Positions 50,643 to 57,982 of a stretch of 64,000 bases of DNA are shown piece by piece. Made by a program: the position numbers and the translations under genes. Every line of letters starts with the position of its first letter. The first letter of the stretch is position 1. Origin of the DNA: an uncultured Alphaproteobacteria bacterium (GTDB lineage Bacteria; Pseudomonadota; Alphaproteobacteria; Rhizobiales; Aestuariivirgaceae); the NCBI GenBank assembly GCA_937872985.1, contig CALMUW010000043.1:1945-65944 (forward strand), written 5' to 3'. Below the pieces are notes generated by a model that had not been told where the DNA came from, ran no database searches, and saw only the letters and a list, made by a program, of their open reading frames with translations.

Positions 50643-51929
50643 CTAAGATGCATCAAGTATAACCAGACTCTCTCTGAGAAACGGGCCTCCCGCATCCATT
50701 CGTTTACTCAACTCATCCCACTGTTGACAAGCGACTCGTCTTAGTCGGCGTAAGACAACTACTTCTCGAAGTGACCAACCCGATCGCCCTGCGATGTCAG
50801 CAATAATAAGATCCACCGGAATTTCCACGCCACAATAAGCGGAAGTCGAGACAACCAACCAAATGCTTGCGTCTGGTTTTGATCGCTTTCGAAGCCTGCT
50901 CAAAACCTTACTCATGTCTTCGAAGTAGGCTTGAATCATGAGCGGCAGTCGTGAATTCCATGGATTCTTGTCCACTTGAACATTCCACGCAACTGCATCT
51001 TGAAGTGCACCTATCGCCGTCAAATAGCTTTGACCAAAATCACTTTGTGAAGGAGAGGGCCAAGAGACTTGTACATGAGAACGTAAGGTCGCTAGCCTCA
51101 AGGATCTCAGCTGATCCATGTCTTTGACAAGGCCGCTCAAAAACAATTCTGGACGGTAAACATCTGTATAGTCAAAAGAGTTCAAGTATGGTGGCGACGT
51201 TACGCATAGATCAAATCTTTCCTTAGATCCAAAGGAACGAGAATCTCCACGAGCGATACTCGCCTTGATACTTTGGGGTTGATCAAGATCCAGGTCCTCT
51301 TTTACTATGTCAGCACGCGAAATTAGTGCGGATATAAGAGAGTCCCGATTGAACCTCAGTTGATCCCAGTTCTTGCGATATCGCAAACACTTGCCATCCT
51401 TCACGGCATTGGCGGAGTCCATGGCTGCGCCAATCAAGCAAAGTCGAACCATGTCGTATTCAGGCCCAACTTTCTTCGCGATGCTTTGTAGCCCTCCCTC
51501 AAATGCATTCAGGACTTTGGAGTTAAAAAGCCATTTTCCCTGTGCTTTGGCTTTGGGAGCTTTCTCTGAGAAGGTTGAGAAAGTCGCGAGATTGCTGCTA
51601 GCTCCATGTTGGATCCCGAGCAACGTAGACTTGAGCGCCTTGTCAAAAGCATTCAGCGATGCGGATTGCGATTTCGTATTTGCAACAAATTGGAGAAATG
51701 GGTTGACCTCTGTGCCTACTCCTCGCCTTCCTCCCAAGCCAGCTTCAAGTGGTGTCGTGCCACTCCCAGAAAAAGGATCAAACACCGTTGCATCAATAGG
51801 CAAATCCTCGGAAGCCATCGCATGCTTCACGATGCCTGGTGAGAAAGCTTCTTTAAAAAAGTACCATCGATGCCTTGGCAGCCGCTCAGCTTCCAAAGCA
51901 CTCACATTTGGTAAAGTTTTCGAATCCAT
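50643..51929 (-). CDS. DNA methyltransferase (SAM motif I before catalytic SPPY; N6A or N4C type)
   Basis: VFDPFSGSGTTPLEA (motif I, residues 56-70 in tracked-ORF numbering from 51950) and CVTSPPYLNSFDY (motif IV, residues 249-261). The ATG at 51929 overlaps the upstream TAA by 1 nt. The tracked start at 51950 is an alternative. Confidence 0.8.
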   Translation of the reverse strand: MDSKTLPNVSALEAERLPRHRWYFFKEAFSPGIVKHAMASEDLPIDATVFDPFSGSGTTPLEAGLGGRRGVGTEVNPFLQFVANTKSQSASLNAFDKALKSTLLGIQHGASSNLATFSTFSEKAPKAKAQGKWLFNSKVLNAFEGGLQSIAKKVGPEYDMVRLCLIGAAMDSANAVKDGKCLRYRKNWDQLRFNRDSLISALISRADIVKEDLDLDQPQSIKASIARGDSRSFGSKERFDLCVTSPPYLNSFDYTDVYRPELFLSGLVKDMDQLRSLRLATLRSHVQVSWPSPSQSDFGQSYLTAIGALQDAVAWNVQVDKNPWNSRLPLMIQAYFEDMSKVLSRLRKRSKPDASIWLVVSTSAYCGVEIPVDLIIADIAGRSGWSLREVVVLRRLRRVACQQWDELSKRMDAGGPFLRESLVILDAS

Positions 51930-52990
51930 TAGCTCACAATCGGTTCGCAAAACATTCGAACGGGAGCTTCGAAATCGTCTCTTTGTTCGTGATATTTGGG
52001 ATTATAATCAATTTCCTCGTCCCGATAATGAAGTCCGTCAGACACCGAAAGTGACGTCGCGCCTTTATGTAGTCCGCGCCTACGAGCGTCGAATACTACT
52101 AGATAGCCCCGAGAGCGAAGACCGGGGCCAGCTGTTAGATTTGCATCAAGGTATTCGGCAAGCTGCTTTGCACCGTCGCGCGCACGCGAAGCCGTGTAAG
52201 CAGTCGTAAACGTCCCATCCTCTTCACATGACTGCCCGAGCCATTTTATCTCAATCAGCGCTCTCTGATTGGTGTCGACCCAAGTTACTTTAATGTCTAC
52301 GGGATGGCTTTCATCTACAATTTGCTCTGGCCGAACCTCTGCAAAGCGGCCGATCGTGGAAGCCAAGTGCTGCAGAAGGGACCGGCGCATTGTCGCTTCA
52401 GGCTTAGTGCGCAGGAAAATGCGTCTTGGCTCTCGCCAAGCGTCTTTCAATATGTAGCAACTGGTGTACCGAGCAACTCGGTTACGATATCCTTCTAAGG
52501 CATCCGACAAGGATGAAAATGTTGGCCTCGCAAACACGCTTGCGTGGGTGGGGGCTGCTGGATTGATTACGGTGTAGCTTTCTCCACCGATGTAGAAGCG
52601 CTCGTGCCCGTTATCGTATAAATAAACGATAGCTTCGGCGGACAAGGCGACTAAGTTGTGGGCGTTTAGATCAAAAACGGAAACTTGTCCTGCACTAGAA
52701 ACTTCAACCATACACGCTGAGTCAAGCTCGTGTTGTAGCCCGGAAATATGCGCAACTTGATGCAGCGCCTGCGGCCCGCATTGGGAGGCCGGTAATAGCG
52801 ACGGCGACGGGCGAATGAATACAACTAGGGGCACGCTTCTAGTCGCGGGCTCCATTAGTCGATAAATCTGAGTTATGATCTCAACAAGCTCCCGCAAAGC
52901 CTGTGGGCCAGCTAAGCCAAAATGCTTGTTAGCTGCAGCTGAATGAAGGTTTGAAGCAATCTCTTTCATTTTCTGAATATCGAGCGTCAA
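51929..52990 (-). CDS. PD-(D/E)xK-type nuclease candidate with an uncharacterised N-terminal domain
   Basis: 353 aa. HPVD(232)IKV ... ALIE(247)IK(249)W fits a D...ExK catalytic core. The TTG start forms TTGA with the upstream stop (ATG alternative at 52969). Low GC. Confidence 0.55.
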   Translation of the reverse strand: MTLDIQKMKEIASNLHSAAANKHFGLAGPQALRELVEIITQIYRLMEPATRSVPLVVFIRPSPSLLPASQCGPQALHQVAHISGLQHELDSACMVEVSSAGQVSVFDLNAHNLVALSAEAIVYLYDNGHERFYIGGESYTVINPAAPTHASVFARPTFSSLSDALEGYRNRVARYTSCYILKDAWREPRRIFLRTKPEATMRRSLLQHLASTIGRFAEVRPEQIVDESHPVDIKVTWVDTNQRALIEIKWLGQSCEEDGTFTTAYTASRARDGAKQLAEYLDANLTAGPGLRSRGYLVVFDARRRGLHKGATSLSVSDGLHYRDEEIDYNPKYHEQRDDFEAPVRMFCEPIVS

Positions 52991-53592
52991 GATTCTGCTC
53001 CGCGATCTTGCCGAGAAACCGGCTGCTCAGCAACATAGCTAAGCCAAATCATAGCTGGAGTTAGCAAGTCTCCCTGAACGCCAACTGCTTGGGACAGAGC
53101 ATCAAACTGCTCATGAAGCAAGGCTATCGCAGGTCCATCTAAGAGGCCAGCGCCACCCTTTCGCAAAAGGGCACTATGCATAGTTGGCTCTTTATCTAAA
53201 CTTTCAATTAGGGTCGCGGCGGGAACAACAATTGTGCTGCCACAAGCCGCGTGTAGGAAGCGCTTTCTTCCTGACAGATTGGACATCTCACCTAGTGATT
53301 GGGTAAGTTCCTTTCCGCGCCTTGAAAGTTGAAAGCTACCATTCGCGTCCTCAATGAGGCTCGCCTCTGCTAGTGTATCCAAGGCGTCACTTATGCTTGA
53401 ACTAAACGGTGTACCAAATTCGGTGCGGGCAAATCTATAGCCCCAATCGGCCACTGGTTGTCCCTCATAAAGTGCCAACAAACAGGCAAGGTAGGTTGCT
53501 CGCTGGACTTCAAGGCGCGTTACACGGCCAAATGAAGGTTCCAATTCTGTGATAATGGAAAGTGTATCGAATACTGCTTCGGGGCTATGCAT
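52987..53592 (-). CDS. Small adaptor / middle-component protein, no recognisable motif
   Basis: 201 aa. The ATG at 53592 directly abuts the TAG of the ATPase gene. Predicted helical. Positioned like LmuC / ABC-3C middle components. Confidence 0.5.
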   Translation of the reverse strand: MHSPEAVFDTLSIITELEPSFGRVTRLEVQRATYLACLLALYEGQPVADWGYRFARTEFGTPFSSSISDALDTLAEASLIEDANGSFQLSRRGKELTQSLGEMSNLSGRKRFLHAACGSTIVVPAATLIESLDKEPTMHSALLRKGGAGLLDGPAIALLHEQFDALSQAVGVQGDLLTPAMIWLSYVAEQPVSRQDRGAES

Positions 53593-55587
53593 CTAATTCA
53601 CTGCCGCAGGGCCCAGGTCCAATGCTTTGGAAATGTCTTTGTAGGCGCTTTCAAACAATCTAGTAGCGCTCTGCTGGACGTCCGAAAGCTCTGCCCATCC
53701 AATCATTTGATTCAGCGTCATATGCTTTCTACCGCATCGCTTGCCTAAGGTAGTCAGCAGTTTCGAGCTATTAATATTTGCGGTCATTATGAGATCGTGT
53801 CCGCTTTGAACAAATTGAGCGAACATATCACCGGCGCGGTCTTCGTATGCAATATCCAACGATCCTTCAGGAGTATCGACAAACAAAGTAGCCGGTGAAC
53901 TCGAGACAGACATCTGTTGTGCCAAGGCCATTCGAAGCGCGATATCGACAAAGAAGCGCTGACTCTCGGACATTTGAGATTCGTCATGCCTCGCGTTTCC
54001 CCTTAATTCGACTAACAACTTCATACCCACGGGAGCGGTGAGTTTTAACTGTACATCGAGATCAATGCCTAAGAACAACTCTGCCAATTCGCGGAACCGG
54101 GGAAGAAAGCTTTCTTCAGCGCGAGCATATCGAACCTCTAGGTCCTGCTGGAGTTTTTTTAATTCAGTTCTTATTTGATCACGCTCGGCGTAGTCGGCAT
54201 CACGTTGAGCCGTGAACTCTGCCATGGCGAGTTGTAAATTTTGAATTGTCTGAGCAAGTGGGTTGCTTTGGCTTTCATGCCTCGTTTTTAATACTTGAAC
54301 AATTTCAGAATGTTCTTTTTCGAACTTTTCTAACGCCTCTCTCGCGGCCACGACTTCTACTTTAACGCCCTCCAACTCACGACGAAGCCTGTCTTGCGAA
54401 GCTATAGCGTCGTCTAATTCCAGTCGCGCTATTGATAGACGTTGATCGATATCTGCCAGCTCTGCCTTTCCAGAAGCGCTAAGGTCCCCAGTATTGTCAA
54501 TCGGCGAACCACACATCGGACATACGCCTGCATCGACCTTTTGCTGAACAAGCGCCGTAACGTGAGTTCCGGATGAGTCGCAGACTCCGCAGACACCTTC
54601 ATTGAGTGCACGAATTACTAATGAGTGGCTTCTTGCTTTAGAAGCACCGTGAAGGAAACGATTAAAGGCTTCTGTGTAAGCAGATCGCAAACTTGCGACA
54701 TTTGAGCTGCGCTGGGCAATGTGAACTTCCAGTTCGGAGAGCTGAGCTGCGATCCTAGCTGATCGTTCAGAAGTCAAAGTGATCGCTTCAGTAATACCTT
54801 CGTATTGGGCGTCTAAATCTACAGGCGAAACAACAGTCGTGTCGGCTTGTAATGATTGTTGGAGTATTTCAATTCGTCTTCGCGTCTGATTAACTTGGAA
54901 TTGCGTGTTGCGTCCTCTGGATCCCGCTTTTTCCGCCTCTCGGTTTAGAGTATCGGCTCTCACGGCATCTTCAGGATTGCCGCCGAAGCAGAGAAACAGA
55001 ACTTGCGCAGCGGCTGCATCGTCCCAAAACAATAGGTGCCGAGCTTCATCGAAAGTGAAAACGAAATGCTGAAGGAACACAAATTGTTCAAATGACTTTA
55101 AGCCAATCGCATCAGTGACGGACTGTCGATAGAGATCGGCCATCTGCAGGGGAGTTGGGGAACTGCCTTTGTTGTCAACGGAGCTTCCGTTGATAGTAAA
55201 CTTCCTGAAATCATTCGGATCAAACAACCCACGTGTAACTTCAAATCGTTTTGTGGCAATGTCAAACTCTAGGGTCACTGCAGCATCGTCACGATCACTT
55301 TCGGCAATACGACCGTTGAAATACTCTGCTGCGTAGTCGGACGATTCTTTGAGATAATTTTGGTTTGAAAGTAGTCTTCTCCTGGGATGAGGCACAGCGC
55401 CAGTCAGCCCATAGTTGACTGTAGCCAAAAACGTCGACTTCCCTATGCCATTCGCTCCGGCGAGACACGTCACTCCGTCTTTTAATTCAATGGAGATGTT
55501 CGGCTGTAATCCGTAAAGCGAAAATGCTCCAAAACTAATTCTTCTAAGCTTTGGAAAGGCATATCGCCTGAGGTTTTCTTTTTGCAT
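53593..55587 (-). CDS. SMC/Rad50-like ABC ATPase with a coiled-coil insert and a Cys4 knuckle
   Basis: 664 aa. Walker A GANGIGKST (44-52), a long heptad-rich insert (~210-530), CGVC (333-336) and CPMC (356-359), signature-like SESQR (540-544), and Walker B ATLFVDTPEGSLD (566-578). Confidence 0.8.
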   Translation of the reverse strand: MQKENLRRYAFPKLRRISFGAFSLYGLQPNISIELKDGVTCLAGANGIGKSTFLATVNYGLTGAVPHPRRRLLSNQNYLKESSDYAAEYFNGRIAESDRDDAAVTLEFDIATKRFEVTRGLFDPNDFRKFTINGSSVDNKGSSPTPLQMADLYRQSVTDAIGLKSFEQFVFLQHFVFTFDEARHLLFWDDAAAAQVLFLCFGGNPEDAVRADTLNREAEKAGSRGRNTQFQVNQTRRRIEILQQSLQADTTVVSPVDLDAQYEGITEAITLTSERSARIAAQLSELEVHIAQRSSNVASLRSAYTEAFNRFLHGASKARSHSLVIRALNEGVCGVCDSSGTHVTALVQQKVDAGVCPMCGSPIDNTGDLSASGKAELADIDQRLSIARLELDDAIASQDRLRRELEGVKVEVVAAREALEKFEKEHSEIVQVLKTRHESQSNPLAQTIQNLQLAMAEFTAQRDADYAERDQIRTELKKLQQDLEVRYARAEESFLPRFRELAELFLGIDLDVQLKLTAPVGMKLLVELRGNARHDESQMSESQRFFVDIALRMALAQQMSVSSSPATLFVDTPEGSLDIAYEDRAGDMFAQFVQSGHDLIMTANINSSKLLTTLGKRCGRKHMTLNQMIGWAELSDVQQSATRLFESAYKDISKALDLGPAAVN

Positions 55588-55682
55588 TGTTGCTTTCCGT
55601 CGACCGCGGCCTGCAACATGCTATTCTAACGGTAAAGTGTTTTCTACCAGTACGTTAGATAAATGAGAGATAGTGAGGTGTC

Positions 55683-55759
55683 TGGCCTCCCGGAAGGGAT
55701 TCGAACCCCTGACCCCAGGTTTAGGAAACCTGTGCTCTATCCTGCTGAGCTACCGGGAG
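55683..55759 (-). tRNA. tRNA-Arg (anticodon CCT), complete, carried by the island
   Basis: The reverse complement folds by hand as CTCCCGG-TA-GCTC-AGCAGGATA-GAGC-A-CAGGT-TTCCTAA-ACCTG-GGGTC-AGGGG-TTCGAAT-CCCTT-CCGGGAG-G-CCA. Confidence 0.9.
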
Positions 55760-55857
55760 GTAGATGCGCCACGCACGGTGTCTATACGGTACTCAGGCCA
55801 CACCGCAAAGGCCTAAGCGCTTGTTCCGAATCGCCTTCTCTCAGACAGAGCATATAA

Positions 55858-55896
55858 TTAGGAAACCTGTGCTCTATCCGGCTGAGCTACCGGGAC
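55858..55896 (-). pseudogene. 5' portion (positions 1-38) of the disrupted host tRNA-Arg(CCT) gene
   Basis: The reverse complement reads GTCCCGG-TA-GCTC-AGCCGGATA-GAGC-A-CAGGT-TTCCTAA. Its acceptor strand is complementary to the 3' fragment at 40551-40595. Confidence 0.9.
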
Positions 55897-55927
55897 GTGG
55901 GTTCAGGCTATAGCGGGGACGGTCGGC

Positions 55928-55961
55928 AAAAAAAAGAGGCCCGGATGCTTGGTCCGGGCCT
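55928..55961 (-). terminator. Rho-independent terminator downstream of carD
   Basis: On the minus strand: AGGCCCGGA-ccaagca-TCCGGGCCT followed by CTTTTTTTT. Confidence 0.85.
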
Positions 55962-55991
55962 GCGTTTGACGCCGTGCTTGACTTCAGGGCC

Positions 55992-56906
55992 TCATGCCGC
56001 CTCTTCGGCTGCGTCGTCGCCATCCTTTTCGGTGGCCGCGCCGCGCTTGGCGTTCTTGGCCAGATAGTCTTCCAGTTCCTTCACGCACTGGTCGTCATCG
56101 ACCTTGCGCACGGCGGCAAGCTCGCGGGCAAAGCGCATGAGGGCCTGCTCAAAAAGCTGGCGTTCGGAATAGGACTGTTCCGGCTGGCGGTCGGAGCGAT
56201 AGAGATCGCGCACCACCTCAGCCACGGCGATGATGTCGCCGGAATTGATCTTGGCATCATATTCCTGGGCCCGCCTGGACCACATGGTGCGCTTGATGCG
56301 GGCACGGCCCCGGATGACCTTCATGGCATGCTCAATCAGGGCGCGGTCGGCCAGACGGCGCATGCCCTTCTGCTCGGCGCGGTTGGTCGGCACCTTGAGG
56401 CGGAGTTTCTCCTTCTCGAAGTCGACGATGTAAAGCTCAAGCTTCACGCCGGCGATCTCCTGCTCCTCGATATTGGTGATGCGGCCCACGCCATGGGCGG
56501 GATAGACGATCTGTTCGCCGATCTTGAAGCTGGGCTTCCGGGGCGCGGCCTGGGCCTGGGGCTTGGCCGGGGCGGGGGCAGGTGCCGCGGCCGGGGCGGG
56601 CGCCACCGGGGCCACGGGCTTTGCTTCGACCGGCTTGGCCGCGGGCTTCGGTGCGGCGGGCTTCACCACCGGCTTATGCACGGCAGGCTTGGCGACCGGC
56701 TTCGCCACCTTCTTCGGCGCCGGCTTGGCCACCTTCCTGGGTGTCGCTTTCTTGGCGGGCTTGGCGGCCTTCTTCGGCTTCGGCGCGGGCTTGGCAGGCT
56801 TCTTGGGCGCCGGTTTCTTCGGCGCCGGCTTGGCTTTCCTGGCCGGAGCCTTCTTGGCCGGAGCCTTCTTTGCCGGGGTCTTCTTCTTCGGGGCCGGTTT
56901 CGCCAT
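55992..56906 (-). CDS. carD: CarD/CdnL-family RNA-polymerase-binding regulator with a ~125-aa Lys/Ala/Pro-rich N-terminal extension
   Basis: FKIGEQIVYPAHGVGRITNIEEQEIAGVKLELYIVDF plus the downstream helical domain form a canonical CarD_CdnL_TRCF module. It is preceded by KKxPAKKAPAKK-type repeats. Confidence 0.85.
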   Translation of the reverse strand: MAKPAPKKKTPAKKAPAKKAPARKAKPAPKKPAPKKPAKPAPKPKKAAKPAKKATPRKVAKPAPKKVAKPVAKPAVHKPVVKPAAPKPAAKPVEAKPVAPVAPAPAAAPAPAPAKPQAQAAPRKPSFKIGEQIVYPAHGVGRITNIEEQEIAGVKLELYIVDFEKEKLRLKVPTNRAEQKGMRRLADRALIEHAMKVIRGRARIKRTMWSRRAQEYDAKINSGDIIAVAEVVRDLYRSDRQPEQSYSERQLFEQALMRFARELAAVRKVDDDQCVKELEDYLAKNAKRGAATEKDGDDAAEEAA

Positions 56907-57358
56907 GTTTTACGCCTTCCACCTGTTGCCGCAACCTACAGCATGGCCGTCAGGGACAACCGGACCATTCCGGTCAAACCCGTGCCAAGCCACGTTTTCC
57001 ACTCTGGGGTGGGCTTTGAGACCCCGCGGGGCCCGCCGCCAGATCCGGTCAGGGCGAAAAAAATCCGAGCCCAAAGCCCGGAACCCGTGTCAGTCGCGTG
57101 TTTCTACATGCCGCAGACCCTACCACGATTTTAAGGAAATTTAAAGAAGGGAAGTCCGTGCACGGCGCAATTTTCGACCGTTCACGGACTATTGTGTTAA
57201 GAATGGTTAACGAAGCCAGGGGTTTGCGGGGAAAATTGCACCAGACACAATCCCTCTGTGGCGGCCCGGAAAAGCGAGGCCCACAGCCTTGGAAGGCGGG
57301 TCTGCACGTCTGGACCGGCAACGAGCTTCAGACAGACTGAAGGCTGGCGGAACCGGCC

Positions 57359-57697
57359 TCAGTCGCCGTCGCCGGGATTGGGCGAGAAATAGGCTTCGAG
57401 CTTGCCGGTCTTGCCGTCGAAGGATTTGGCGTCGGGCGGCGCATCCTTCTTGGTGGTGATGTTCGGCCACTTCTGGGCGTATTCGGTATTGAGCTTCAGG
57501 AATTTTTCCAGACCAGGCTCGGTATCCGGGCGAATGGCGTCGGCGGGGCATTCCGGTTCGCACACGCCACAGTCAATGCATTCGTCGGGGTGGATCACCA
57601 GCATGTTTTCGCCCTCGTAGAAGCAATCCACAGGGCAGACTTCAACGCAGTCGGTGTATTTGCACTTAATGCAATTGTCGGTGACGATGTAGGTCAT
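57359..57697 (-). CDS. fdxA: 7Fe ferredoxin ([3Fe-4S][4Fe-4S])
   Basis: [29 protein letters not shown]...[12 protein letters not shown] is the classical FdxA cysteine pattern. Confidence 0.95.
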   Translation of the reverse strand: MTYIVTDNCIKCKYTDCVEVCPVDCFYEGENMLVIHPDECIDCGVCEPECPADAIRPDTEPGLEKFLKLNTEYAQKWPNITTKKDAPPDAKSFDGKTGKLEAYFSPNPGDGD

Positions 57698-57763
57698 AAT
57701 GGTCCAACAGCTCTTGTTCGATGCGCGGGGTCGAGCGGTTTTGGCTTTGATGGCTCAAAACCA

Positions 57764-57831
57764 CCGCTCTAACTTATTGATGGCGAGCAACTTATCTGAC
57801 TTTTGCCGAGTCCGTCAAAAGTCAGGTTGCT
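57764..57831 (+). repeat. Copy B of the ~68-bp hairpin-forming intergenic repeat
   Basis: ccgctctaacttattgatggcgagcaacttatctgacttttgccgagtccgtcaaaagtcaggttgct. Matches 35065-35132. Confidence 0.85.
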
Positions 57832-57982
57832 CTAACGCCTCACCCACGGGTTTTCAATAATGCTTATTATATACCGAATTAGCATGGGTGGAAGGGTCAA
57901 TTTCCTCTGGGACAATGGTGCCCTGGCCGGAAGACCGGCCAAGGCACTGGTGCTTATAGCTGGGAGTGAGTGTTTTGCCCTG

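Larger units (their letters stand above)
40589..55864. mobile_element. ~15.3 kb integrative element (phage-satellite-like genomic island) inserted in the anticodon loop of tRNA-Arg(CCT)
   Basis: Bounded by a 7-bp direct repeat TTAGGAA (40589-40595 and 55858-55864) that is the anticodon loop of the two tRNA halves. An integrase sits at the left end. Mosaic GC content with low-GC cargo. Confidence 0.9.

Noticed and set aside
55588-55682. Promoter call for the defence operon
   Set aside because: On the minus strand a good -10 (TAGAAT) is present about 35 nt upstream of the ATG. I could not pair it with a convincing -35 at 16-18 nt spacing, so it is not reported as a feature.
55683-55896. Reading the complete tRNA plus the adjacent 5' fragment as a simple tandem duplication of the tRNA gene
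   Set aside because: The 5' fragment's acceptor strand (GTCCCGG) pairs with the distant 3' fragment at 40551-40595 (CCGGGAC), not with the complete copy (CTCCCGG/CCGGGAG). The fragment also ends exactly at the anticodon loop shared with the other junction. Insertion is therefore the better explanation. A second, nested integration that delivered the low-GC block next to the island tRNA cannot be excluded, but I found no tRNA-derived repeat near 50.4 kb to support it.
55974-57144. Plus-strand ORFs of 386, 206 and 145 aa rich in G/A/F/L/R
   Set aside because: They are mirror images of the Lys/Ala/Pro-repeat region of carD on the opposite strand, and the CarD module itself validates the minus frame.
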